Assembly: GCA_958009085.1 (NCBI GenBank) | Contig: OY253688.1 | Coordinates: 558,001-622,000 of the forward strand | Direction of reading: 5' to 3' | Source of the DNA: Protoeuglena noctilucae | Taxonomy: Eukaryota | DNA length: 64,000 nt | Shown here: positions 1 through 12,149 of the stretch, one piece after another | Layout: each line of letters begins with the position of its first letter | How positions within the stretch are numbered: the first letter of the stretch is position 1 | Translations under genes and position numbers: made by a program | Notes under the pieces: generated by a model | What the model saw: the letters and a program-made list of their open reading frames with translations, nothing else | Told to the model about the DNA's origin: nothing | The model's database searches: none

Positions 1-428
1 GCTGCCCGGCCTGCACTGCGTCCAGACCGCCGACCCGTCGTTTGCACGAGCGAAAGGTGCGCCGGGGCCCCTGCAAGCTCGCTGCCCTCACTGACATCGA
101 CACGATGACATGCTCTCGCTTCCATCGCCCGCTCTGGGGGGCGCTGTGACCCCTGCGCCGTACGTGTCTGCCCCGGCCTGGCCCCTCGCCGCTTGCCGCT
201 GGCGCTCGAGGAGCAGGGTCTGCCCGGGGTGGCGAACTCGTGTCGCTGGCCGCTTTGGGCCGGGCAGCGCGCACAGGGATGGCGTGTGCACCCCGCCTCA
301 ACTCTCGCCCGCGTTTCCTCCGCCCGCGCGCGCCAGGGCCGCCCAGGCCACCCCGTTGCGTTCCATCGCGTACCTCTCGCTCGTGCTTTCAGGCGGCAGA
401 CGCCGTGGACGCGGGGGGGCGACCGAAG

Positions 429-872
429 ATGTCGGGCGAGGGCGGGAGCGCCTTGACGGAGATCAAGACGGCGCCGTACGATTACCGGTGCGTAGCTGTG
501 GCCGCGGACGCAGCTGAGGGCCCGGCGTCCGCGCAGTGGGCCCGGAACCCGCGCTGGACGTCGCTCATGATGGTCCCTGCAGGTTCCCCACGCAAAACCA
601 GGCCCGGCACTGCTTTGCGCGCTATTGCGAGTACTTCAAGTGCATGGAGCAGACGAGCGACGAGGAGCGCTGCAGCTTCTACAAGAGGGCGTTCAAGCAG
701 CTGTGGTGCGTTGCAGGCGTGCGGGCATCAGCTGCCCGGTCCTGCTGCAGTGACTTTGGGCACGACACAGAGCCGCCAGTGCGTCGCTTTCCGCAGCCCG
801 AACGACTGGATCGAGAAGTGGGACGACGCTAGGAGCAAGGGCATCTTCCCCGTGGGCAACGGCATGGAGTGA
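429..872 (+). CDS. COX6B: Cytochrome c oxidase subunit 6b (3 exons: 429-487, 583-705, 797-872)
   Basis: Spliced product MSGEGGSALTEIKTAPYDYRFPTQNQARHCFARYCEYFKC...CSFYKRAFKQLCPNDWIEKWDDARSKGIFP carries the TAP-D-RFP-QNQ and twin Cys motifs; GT-AG introns keep the frame. Confidence 0.95.
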   Translation: MSGEGGSALTEIKTAPYDYRCVAVAADAAEGPASAQWARNPRWTSLMMVPAGSPRKTRPGTALRAIASTSSAWSRRATRSAAASTRGRSSSCGALQACGHQLPGPAAVTLGTTQSRQCVAFRSPNDWIEKWDDARSKGIFPVGNGME

Positions 873-1003
873 CAGGCCACGGCCCACGCGCCGCAAAAGC
901 GACCGCCGCCCTTCCTCTAGACTTCTCTCTCGCGTCCCTGCCACATCCGGAGTAGGAGCTGGCGTCACTGACGCTGTTCAACATCGAAAACACTGGGAAC
1001 AAA

Positions 1004-1863
1004 TCATTGAAGCACCGCCATGATAGACCCCTCGCTAACGAACGTGACCTTGCCGTCCGCCAGCTCCACATCCGACGTGCCGTACTTGGAGTACATGACT
1101 GCGAAAGCGGTCGCGGAGCCAGTCACGATGCCGGAGCAGCTGGACAAGCGGGGGCTCGCATGCAGTCGCGGCGCGCGTGGCACGCACCCGTCTCGCCCGG
1201 CTTGACCTCAATCTTCACCTTCCCCCCGACGGCAATCACCTCCCCCACGAGGCCCTCGGACATGTCAAAGTCGTTCGAGCTCGTCGACGCCAGGATGATG
1301 CCCCCGGCTGCGAGTGGCGGGATGGAGAGCCGCGCTCAACATTAAGCATCTCGCTGCAGCCCCAGCCGTGGGACGTGCCCGCCGTATATCAGAGGTCTGT
1401 CTCGCTCATTCGCTCTCACCAGTCTTCTTCTCGTTCTCGCGCGGCTTGACGAGCACGCGGTCCCCCAGCGGCGCCATCTTGGTGATGTCGAGCTGCGCCC
1501 GGTCCGCCGTGACCGCCTGCGTGAGTGGACACGGCCGAAGAGACTGTTACGCCAGCGTGCGGAGGTCGGGTCTGGCTGATATATCCAGCCGAGGAGCTAT
1601 GCCGCGCCGCGCAGGCCCCGGTGTGCGCGGGAATGTGGATGACGGGGCGACGCGCGCCAGGAGCCCCCTCCGCCCCAATCCGACGACTAACGGGGTCGCG
1701 ACTCAGGCACCGCGGGCTATTGCTCCCCAAAGGAAGCCCCGGGATGCACTCTCGGTCCCTCCCGTCAACCGAGTGCGCCGGGCCGGGAACGTTCTCGAGT
1801 GGGTCTGGCGGCCCCGCTCCCGACGCGCCCACCGCGAGACGCGACGGAAGTGCTGCAGCGCAT
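1004..1863 (-). CDS. CPN10: Plastid co-chaperonin of the GroES/CPN10 family, multi-exon
   Basis: Exons read KMAPLGDRVLVKP, GGIILAS...GEVIAVGG...EVKPG and VMYSKYGTSDVELADGKVTFVSEGSIMAVLQ*, which is the GroES signature. The putative first exon MRCSTSVASRGGRV... looks like a transit peptide; the start is less certain. Confidence 0.85.
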
Positions 1864-2656
1864 TGTAGCGAATTGTCGCGCAACGCACCTGGGCGCGCAC
1901 GCATCGACTCCCCGCCGCGCACGGCGCCACGCGCCCCGAGAAGGAGGTTGCCTGCATTCTCTCCGCGGTTGAGCCAGCCAGCCAGGTGATTTGCACGAAG
2001 AACAGACAATGCACTCGCTATCGCCGCCGACGACTGGGGCCCTCGCACGCGACCCCCGGCCCTTGAGGGCTGCCTGGCGCAGGACACGCCAGGTTCCTGC
2101 GATGCAGGAAGGCCGTCCGGGGAGCCGCTGCGAGCCCAATCTCTTCTTCTTTCCCTGTACCTCTCCATGCATGTGGCCACGGAGCACACGCAGGGCGAGT
2201 GTGGCACTAGATACATCACCGAGGCAGCCCGCCCGCGCATGCACAGCGCTACGACTCAGCTGGGCCAGCAGGTGACCGCCTGGCGCAAGGCGATGGGTGC
2301 TTCCTCGTGTTGCCAGCGCAGGAGCATCACGCTGCCCCGTCCTGCTGCGCGCAGGACGATGTTGGGGGGAAGCGGCGATTTACGGAGGTAATATCAGTGC
2401 ATGCCAACGCGATCGCCGCCGACGACCTGGAGTTCACACACCTAAGGATGCGGCAGACGTTCCCGGCTGATCCAGAAGGGCGAGAGGCGCGCGAGAGGTC
2501 GAGAGCGATGGCCCCGGAGCCAGCGCCGCTGCCGTGCGCCGATGCCCTCGGCCCCGGCCCCTTTCGCGCAGCCAAGCGTCCGGATCGGCCACCGCGGATC
2601 CGGTGGCCGCAACGACCACGCAGCCGCGCCAGGCGAACGGGGCGGGGCCGAGCGCC

Positions 2657-5600
2657 ATGCCGGCTGCCCCTCCGCCGGCCGCCGATCCCGCCGAGCCCCG
2701 CGCGCTCTCTTCCACAGCCGGTGGAAAGTCCGCGTCCTCCATCCCGGTCTTGCTGGCCCGGCTGCAGCGGGAGGAGGCGCTTCTCAGGCAGGCTTTAGAC
2801 GGCAAATTGCAGGTCCCGGACGGCGGAAAGAAGCTGGAAGAGACGATCGCGAAACTCAAGCGGGATTTGACGGACGCGGGTTTCGACCCGAGCTACGCGA
2901 CGAGCCCTGCGGCGCAAGGTGGCACCTCGACACGCACGCGTATGGCCAACCCTGCCGAAAGACCCCGCCCCCGCCGCGGCGCTGCGCGACCGTCCCTGCC
3001 GCGCGCTCCGCGCCCGCAGAATCTAACGCCCCGTCCGCGGGCAAGCACCCCGCGGGCCCCGTGAAGCTGAGCCAGGCTTTGTCAACGGAGCTGCGTAAAG
3101 CCCTCAACTCCGGGAGCTTGCGCAAGAAGATCCCCAGTTCGATCCTCTCCGGCCTCGCGGCCCTTAAAGACGAAGGCGATCGCGCGCTCTCGCCGCGGCG
3201 CGGGCGCCCTTTCTCTCTTTGCCCCAGCGACGACTGCGCCGCAAGGCCCGAACGCCCCTCGCCCTCCCGCCTTGTGCAGATGCCATGGCTTTGATGGCCA
3301 AGCTCAGCGACGCGCACGCCAAGCACCCTCACGACCTCACAACGTGGTTCGCGACCCTCGTGTCTACGACCGTGGCTGGCACACGAGCTGCGGCGGCACC
3401 GCCCGCCCCCGCAGCCACGGGCGCGCCGGCCACCGCGCCACCGCAGGCCCAGACTCACGCGCAGGCACCCGCCGACCCTTCCGTCCAAGCTCCAGCGCAA
3501 CCTTCCGTTTTAATCCCTGCCCAGGGGCCAGCACTTGCGCATGAGTCGATGGGTGGTCGCAACATCCGGGAGCACTTGCGGGAGGTGGAGCGGCAGATGG
3601 GTTGGGATTTGGCGCGTCTCAAGCAGGAAGCGGCGGCGGGCGGCGGAGTCAACCCAGGCGTGCTTCAGCAGATGGCGGGGGCGGGGGCGTCGCAACATCT
3701 CTGGACGGTGGTGCGGCACGGGGGCTTGGACCCCTTGGGACCTTTTTCGGAGGCGGAGTTGCGCGAGATCGATCGGGAGCAGTTGTGGAGAGCGATCGGC
3801 GCCGAGTCGGACCCCTTGGTGGCCCCGGCGGGCGGCGGCGGCGTGGACGTCAGTATGCGCGTGTCGCAGCTGTGGCCGGATTTGGGCAAAGGGCGAGGCG
3901 GGGCTGGGACGCAGGCAACCGAGGTGCTGGAAGACGGGGAGATAATTGAGGAGATAGACATGGCTGGGCATGGATCGGGGGATGCAAGGGACGGGGGTGC
4001 TGTGGCGGCAGGGAGCAAGGCGGGAGCTGTGACTGGGGCTGGCGTTGCAGGGCGTGGCGGGGCTGTGTCTGGAGGTTTTGCGCAAGCGGGGGAGGAGGAG
4101 CTCGAGCCTACGCTGCCCGTGGAGGAGGACTTGACACAGGCGACACTGGCGCCGGTTCTGGCGCCCACTCTGGCGCATGCTGGGGTGCAGGGCCGCGCGA
4201 GCGACGGGGGTCTGGCGGGGAGCGCGGCGGGACTGGGGGGCCCGAGGCCGCCGCCGGGCACCCCAGGGGCGATGTCGGGGGCGGCAAGGCCGACTGTGCA
4301 GGTGCTGCGGCAGCTGATAGGCGGGGCGGCTACGGAGGCGGCGGGAGCGTTTGCGGTGCAGGGCGCGGCGGGGGTGGCGGGTGCGGGAGGTGCGCCTGCT
4401 GACCCGCGTTTGCGCGCTGGGGGGGTGCGGGGTTTGCCCACAGCGGTGGCGGCGGATGGGGCGAGGGCGAGCACTATCGCACAGGCGGGAGTGCAGGGAG
4501 TGCCAGGGTCTGTGGGGCTGCAAGGGTTGCATCAGGAAGGGCAAGGGCATTTGTCGCACAAGGGATTGCCAGTGTTGCAGTCAGCAGTGGGGCAGCCCAG
4601 CAATGGCGTGGGAGCGGACAAGGGAGCGACGTTGGTGGCTGTGGCAGGGCACAACACAAGCGCAGCGGTGCAGGGAGGGGCGCAGGGCAGGCCGGGCATC
4701 GTAATCGCAGCCGGAGGCGCAACGGTGCAGGGCGGGGGGGGTGCATTGGGCGGGGCAGGTGGCGCGGCAGGTGGCTTTGTGGTACCGCCACCCCCTGCGG
4801 ACTCCCCAACGCCAACAGACCCCAGGAAGCACCCCAGCGCTGCGGACGGGCGCACAGGGGGCGCCACGGATGTTGCTGCGAGGGCTGCTAACGCCTCAGC
4901 TGCCCAGCCCTTTGCCTGGGGCCCCACCAGCGTGTTGCCGTCCAAGTCGGGTGATGACGGTCACACCGGCCACGCCCCTCCCCAGCAGCCAGGGGCTCAG
5001 CAAGCGCCGCAGGATGCTGGGAAGAGGGCTGAGGGGTCTATGCCCACGTCCCCCGCTGCTGTGTCTGCAACGGGGAGCTCTCAGGGCCAAGCGAGGGGCG
5101 AGGGGCGTAGCGCAAAGAGCGACGGGCAGGGGCAAGAGAGAGGGCCAGCTATGGACGCTGAGCGGGACAGGGAGCGTGAGAGGGAGAGGGATAGGGAGAG
5201 AGGGAGGGAGAGGGAGCGGGTGGGGGGCCAAGAGAGGTGGAGGGACCGTGGGGGTTCGCGTGACAGAGACCGGGATAGGGAGAGGGAGAAGGATGGGGAG
5301 CGGCGAGTGAGCCGAGAGAGGGGAGCGGGGAAGGTGGAGGTGGCGGAGAGAGACAGGGATAGGGACAGGGGTTTGCGCAGCCCAAGTTACCGGGACAGGC
5401 GTACGGGCACGGGCAGCCCTCGGGATAGGGACGGTCACGCTATCAGGGACCGGCACGCCAGCCGGGAGAGGGACAGGGAGCGCGAGGGGCGCGCGGGCAG
5501 TCCGAGGGAGCGTGACAGGCACATAAGCAGGGAGCGGTACGCTAGCCGGGACCGACACGCCAGCCGTGAGAGGGAGAGGGAGCGCGAACGCCGCGGGGAG

Positions 5601-7415
5601 TCGCCCCCGCGCCGCAGGGCCGGCGGCGCTGAGCCAGGGGCCAGGAACGGGCCAACAGATGCCCTCCGCGCGGCGCCGAGGTGGGGCGGGCCCTCCTCGC
5701 CGCCCCCACGCAGACCTGAGGGCAGGCCCGATGGCATCGCCACTGGTACTGATGATGGGGCACGGCGCTACGGCACCGCCCACGCGAGCCCCGCGCGCAA
5801 TCGGGGCCGCGACTCGCCCCCGCGACACGGCAGGCGCGTGGAGCTGTTACCACCCCCGCGCCCCGCCCCATCCCGCGCCCCACCCAACCGCGGCACGTCG
5901 CCCCCGACCCACCGCCCGCCCATCCCGGCGCCGCCGCCCGGCCTGGCCATTGCGGTGCGCCCCGGGATGACCGCCGCGGACGTCTACGCGGAGGAAGCGC
6001 TTGCAGAGGCTCTGGCAGATGCACCCCCGCCGCCAGTCGCGGGCTACTATGCCCCAGGCCCCGCCACAGAGGACGCCCCGCCCCCGCCCATCCGCGCCAG
6101 CATCGGCGTCAATGCGCGCGCGGGCCCGCCCTCCGCTCCCGCGCCTGTGGGCGAGGCGGTGGCTGGGCCGGGACAGGCGGCGGCAGCAGGGGCGGTCGCT
6201 GCAGCGGTCCCTACGCCCCAGCCGCCCCCGCCAGCCATTTCTCACATGGACTTGGGATTGCAGAACCTGCTGGATCTCTACATCAAGGCCGGTGAGTAGG
6301 GTGTTGTATGACCGTGTTGTGTTGTGTCAGATGGCATGCAACCACGCTCTGCGCCTAACTCGACAGCCCATACATGATGCCCTCTGCCCCGCCTTGCCTC
6401 GCCCGCAGGCCAGATCCCGCCCGCCGCCATCGACTACAACGTGCTGACCCTCATGGCCGCCCTCCCCAAGGCAGCATGTACCGAGGCGCTGATGGGTGCC
6501 GCCGCAGCTGGCCTTACCAATGGACCCGAAGCTGCCCGGTGGCTCCAGGACCGCCTCAACGCCGCAGCGGGACGCACAGCAGCCGCCCAGGCACCCGCCG
6601 CCGCGACCGCCCCAGCGCGCCCCCTGCAAACGTCGCAACCACCCCACGCGACATCGGCACCCACGCGCCACGTGCCAGCGTCCTACCAAGCCCCGCCCCA
6701 CGCACAGATCGTCCGGGGAGGTCCCGTGGCGCCCGCGCCTGCTTCCCTCTTCCCAGCACCCACCTCGCTGCCACCCCGCACGCTCGCACCAGCCCCCGTG
6801 TCTGCACCAGCCTTCATGCACGCGCCCCCACGCATGATGCCGTCTGTGCCGGCTGCCTACGACCCCGTCGCTGCCACGGAGGCCATCGGATCGCCGGAGA
6901 GGCAGCCCCACGGCCCGAGACCGCCCACCATGCCCACGCGCCCCGCCCCGCACATGCCGCACCCCACGCACCACCGCCCCGGCGACGCAGACGGCGACCG
7001 GCGCTTAGTGCGCCCGGGACGGTACCTTCCGGAGTTCCGCGAGCGCGCCGACCCTCGCCCCGCGCCCGACTTTCGTGCTCCGGCCCCCGCTGACCCTCGT
7101 GCTGTGATGCCGGGGCAACCCCCGGGCTTCCGGCCCTTGCCGGACCTGGGCGAGCCGGAGCGCAATCCCATATTCAGCAATCGCCGGCGAGCGCGGACGT
7201 CGGACAACGGAGGGGGGCAGTCCGGGAGTGGTAGCGATGCGGGGAGGGACCGTGATGGCGATCGTGGGTACGATAGGGGTGGTGGTGGGCACGTGCCTGG
7301 GTGGAGGGACCGGGAACGGCAGGGGGAGAGGGGAGCGGAGGGTGTGGTGGGGCAGAAGCGGGGGAGGGAGGGGGTTGGGGAGGAGGAGCGGGGGTGGAGC
7401 CGGGTGCGGCGTTAA
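2657..7415 (+). CDS. Large low-complexity protein (Gly/Ala/Pro-rich with an RD/RE dipeptide tract), possibly nuclear RNA processing
   Basis: 1026-aa ORF (3219-6299) followed by GT donor 6292 and AG acceptor 6408, joining ORF 6441-7415. It contains an RE/RD/RS region at about 5150-5600 and a GYF-like W..GPFS..EL segment. The 5' exons are approximate. Confidence 0.65.
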
Positions 7416-8876
7416 TGGGAGGGGGTGGTAGTTGAGAGGGGTTGGGAGAGAGGGTGGGTGTGAGCGTGTGGGGATGTGAGAGAGTGGGAGTGGGGTGCGC
7501 AGTGGCAAGGAGGGTTGTAGTGCTGCTGCTGCTGCTGCTGTGAGGGGCGCCTGGCACAGGCAGCGTGGGCGGTGTGGACCGAGGCAGGAGCGAGCAAGGT
7601 CGTCACGCGAGATTGGAGTGGAGAGGAGAGGCGAGGCCGCTAATTCAAGCACTCAGCGCTTTGCACGGCACCAATCGGTCACGGCGAGCTGCACTGCGAG
7701 AGGTGGAGGCGGCGACAGGTCAAGCACAGCGACACTTCAAGCACGGCATGATGGGGCGAGGCGCGGAGATGAGAGGCGAGTTGTCAAGTGCAGCACAGCA
7801 CAGGACGCGAGGAGGCGAGTTGAGGAGGGGAGCGCGAAGCTTGGAGTGAAGCGCAAGGCATGGACTGGAACGCTGCTCAAGGTTTGGAGTGGAGTGAAGT
7901 GCAAGGCATGGAGTCAAGATCCAAGCATGGAGTGGAGCGAAGCTCATGGCATGAAGTGGACCCGGCAGGGCGACGTGTGGGCGAGGCGAGATGGGTCATG
8001 GCTGCTGGGATGGATGGCGACAAGCACGGAGCGCAAGGCGTGGCAAGATGGCCTGCCGAGGAGCTGTGACGCCGAGCTGTGACGTGGAGCTATCGGGTCG
8101 AGCTGTGGCGACAAGCGAAGAGGAGAAGCGGCGAGGTGGCGAGGTGGCAAGGCGTGGCCGTGGCATGGGCGGTCGCTGCACTGCGATGTCGGGTGGCGGT
8201 GCATCAGGGTTCTTTTCAGTGCACGGAGCACCCGTGCATGACGAGTAACAACCAAGTTAGCCCTAGCCCCTTTGTCTCACTGCGCCCTTTGGGTATCCCT
8301 TTCACTCTCCTCACTGTTGGTGCCATGGTACTTTCACACGCATCGTGGTGTGTTTTGTCGTTCACACATAAGTTAGTACAACAGCGGTGTGCTCTGTTTC
8401 AGCGCCGCTGGGGTGTGGGGGAGAGCGTTTCCGGGCGTTGGGCGGAGCCTGCTGTGATTAGCTTTGCGAGCTCTCTGTAAATGGCTTTGGTGTTAAAAAC
8501 AATCTGAATGCAGTGCGCTTTGTCAGAGAAACGTGCTGGGACAAAGCTGACGCACCCTTGACGACGTCTCAACTATTAATGAAGCCCATACTTTGACATG
8601 TCTCAATATCTTCCTTCAAACGACCCTTGCTGCCGGGCCGCGCCAGTACACACACCCTCTCCACCCCCACCCCACTCCCATCACCTCCAAACCACATATC
8701 TCCCTCCTCCTCTCATCATCTCCAATCCTCTCATCTCAACCCAACCCCCATCTCCACGCAACCAACCGCGCTCGTCGCCCATCCCTCCATCACTACCACC
8801 ATCGCCACCACCACCACACCCCCTCACATCTCCCACCACACCCCCACATCATATCCCTTTTGAAACCACCCCTCAT

Positions 8877-11195
8877 TCACGCCTTGACGTTCTTGACCGA
8901 GTCCACGATGGCATCGGCCAGGTAATCGGACTTGGCCTGGCTGAGCCCGGCAAGCGAAATGCGGCCGTCGCTAGTCATAAAGACATTCCACTTGTTGGTC
9001 ATGTTGTCGCACTGCGCCTTGCTGAGGCCCGTGAAGGAGAACATGCCGATCTGCCGGAGCACGAACGACCAGTCCTTCTCGGGCATGCGCTTGGCCAGGG
9101 CGTCGTGCAGGACCTGGCTGCGGGGGGAGAAATGGAGGGGAGGGCAGTTAATATTTTTACTAATCATGATGGTTGTTTCGCAAAAAGCTGCGGTGACATA
9201 CACAAAAAAACATAACACAACTTATCACAAAAATCACAATATTATAATAAAATTACAATAATTGTAACAACAACAACACCATAACGAATGTTTACCCAAC
9301 CCCTTCCTCATGTCAACAAACCCCGTCCTCACCGCACGGTGGCGATGCGCCCGGCCATCTCCCGCATCTCCTCCTTCCACTCCTGGAACATCGCGGGGTC
9401 CGAGATGACGTCCCTCGCGATCCGGGCGCCGTGCGCGGGGGGGTTGGAGTAGATGGCGCGCGCGATGCGCTTCATCTGGCTCAGCACGCGCCCGGCCACC
9501 TCCTTGCTGTTGAGCACGGCCACCAGGGCGCCCACGCGCTCGCCGTACAGGCCCAGGTTCTTGGCGTAGGACTGGGGGGGAGGTGGGGGGGTGTGGGGGT
9601 GGGAGTAGTGGGGGTGGCAGTTGGGGTGGGAGTGGGGGTGGCGGTGAGGGTGGTAGTGGGAGTGAGGGTGACGGTGAGGGTGGGGATGACAGTGGGAGTG
9701 AGGGTGGCGCTGTGACGCACAACACGATACACCCCCCACTCACCTGGGTGCAGAAGTACTCGATGCCCATGTCGGCGAACAGCCGGGGCGCGTAGGCGTC
9801 TTGGTCGAGGTCCCCCGTGGCGAATCCCTGGTAGGCGACGTCGAAGAAGGGGAGGTGACCCTTCTTCTGGCACAGCTCGGCAATCGCCTTCCACTGCTCC
9901 TTCGTCGGGTCGATGCCTGGGGGGGGTGAGATGGTGGGGGTGGGAATGGCAGCGGGGGTGGCAGTGGGGGTGGGAGTGGGGGTAGCAGTGGGGGTGGGAG
10001 TGAGGGTGGCAGTGGGGGTGGGAGTGCGGGTGGCAGGGAGGGTGGCAGTAGGGGCGAGGGTGGGAATGAAGGCAAGGGCAGTATGCGCAGCCGACCACAT
10101 CACTGCCTGATTGTCACCACCACCGCTACCCCGCTCATCTATCCCCACCTCCCTCCCTCCCCAAAACCTCACCCGTGAATGGGCGCAGCCATATACAGCG
10201 CACTTACCCCTGCACACCTCATCTCCCCCCCCACATTCCCCTCCCTCTCACTCCCACAAACTCACCCGTGGGGTTGTGGGCGCAGCCGTGCAGCAGGATG
10301 ACCGACCCGTCCGGGGCGTTGCGGATGTCCTCCATCATCCCCTCAAAGTCCAGGCCAATCGTCTTGGGCTCGAAGTAGCGGTAGTGCTTCCACTCCACGC
10401 CCGCGTCCGCGAAGATGTTCTTGTGGTTGCCCCAGGTCGGGTTGCTGATGTAGCACTGCTTGCCGGGCATGAAGCGGTCCACGAACGCCGCGCCGACGCG
10501 CAGCGAGCCGGTGCCGGAGAGCGACTGGACGCACGCCACGCGGCCCTCCTGGATCGCAGGGTGGCCCTCGCCCAGCAGGAGCTTGACCGTCGCGTCCTTG
10601 AACTCCTGCAGACCGTCGATCGGCAGATACTCCTTATTCTCGTTCTTCTCCAGCAGGCGCTGCTCGGCCTTGCGGACCACGCGCAGCACGTAGGGCTGCA
10701 GGTCCTCCGTGCGGTACGCCCCCACGCCCAGGTTGAGCTTGGTCGGGGCCGTGCACTTCTTGAATGCCTCCGTCACGCCCAGGATCGGGTCCGGGGGCGC
10801 CTGCTCCACCGCGTCCAGCTTCGACGCGGCCGGGACAATGTGCCCGCGCACCGTCTCGAGGCGCCGGGCCCCGGAGACCTGCGGCGGACGCGGCGCGGTT
10901 GTTCGGCACCGGGGAGCGGCGGAGGGGGGCGGGAGGGGTGCGCAGCGGCAGATTCCGGGACTGGTTCGTGAAATCTATCGAGCGCGATCGAGACGGGGGA
11001 GGGAGACAGCGAGGAGCGCCGCAATTGCCGCGGCTAGCAAGGGACAGCTACGTGACGGCGCCGCGACCTCGAGGGCCCGCAAATTCGGGTGCGGGCTCGC
11101 CAGCGAATCGGAACATCGACCATCTATCGACGAGAGGAACTGTCTCGGCGCAGGCGACGGCCTGCGCGGCCCACCATACGGTCCTCGACCGACAT
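8877..11195 (-). CDS. Aspartate aminotransferase, multi-exon
   Basis: Motifs [67 protein letters not shown] (PLP lysine), [21 protein letters not shown] and DGRISLAG. The first exon 11195-11175 is inferred. Confidence 0.95.
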
Positions 11196-12149
11196 GACGG
11201 CGAGGGCGGGGATCTCGGGCGCGGGTCGCTCGAGAGCAGAAAGGAAGCGGCAGTGCGGCTCGCGGGAGGGAGGGCGCTGGGGATGGCGCGGCGAGGTTCC
11301 GGAAGCAGCGAAAAGGGCTCCCGGCGAGTCCAAGGCGAGCGAGATGGCCGTGTCCGCAGCACGATGAAAAGCGACGTCTGCAAGGCGGGCGCTCGGCGCG
11401 CCCCAATGAGGCTCGCCCGAGAAACACTAAGCCTCTGACTGACAGCGAATCCGAGGCGCCTAAGGCCCGGCGCGCGGCGGGGTCAGCGAGTGCTGGATAA
11501 ATAGGGAACGTGAACATCGGCGGTGGAGCCCCCAGCGGTCCCGGGGCGCCGAGCCCGTGGCTTCCACGAAAGCGGACCGTCGGGGCGTGGATGGGGAACG
11601 ATGGGGCCTCTGCTCGCCAGCGGTGGACCGTGGGAAACACGCGATGCCATCGGGGGGTCCAGGGCACCGAGATCGCGCAGGTGCGCGGGGTGCCATGGAC
11701 CGCGCGCGACGCAGCGGGGCCGCGCCGAGATCGCGTTGCGCATAGGGAAAAATGGAGGCACCACCGAGGAGACTGGGGAGCAAAGACAGCATCCGCGTGG
11801 CAAGGCAGCCTGCCCGGTCCCACCTTGCGGCCCGGCAGCGCGGGCGCGACGCGGAGAGCGCCAGCCATGGTTGTTGCGGTGTCCTTCTCGAGCAAGCAGC
11901 GCACGCGAGGGGAGGAGATCGATGTGTCGCGGGGGACCGGCCCGCGACGGGCGACCTCGCCGCGCTGCACGCCTCTGGCATCTTGGGTGCGCGTGTCTGG
12001 CATGCAGGGCGGGGCGCTGTTGAAGCCACTCCAGGGTCGCTGGGGAGCAAATCAAGACCTCCATACTCAACTGAACGCAAGGCATACGACAACGGGTAGT
12101 TTGGGAGCGCAGGCAAGCCCCTTTGGGGGACCGGGGGTTTTGTGCAAGG

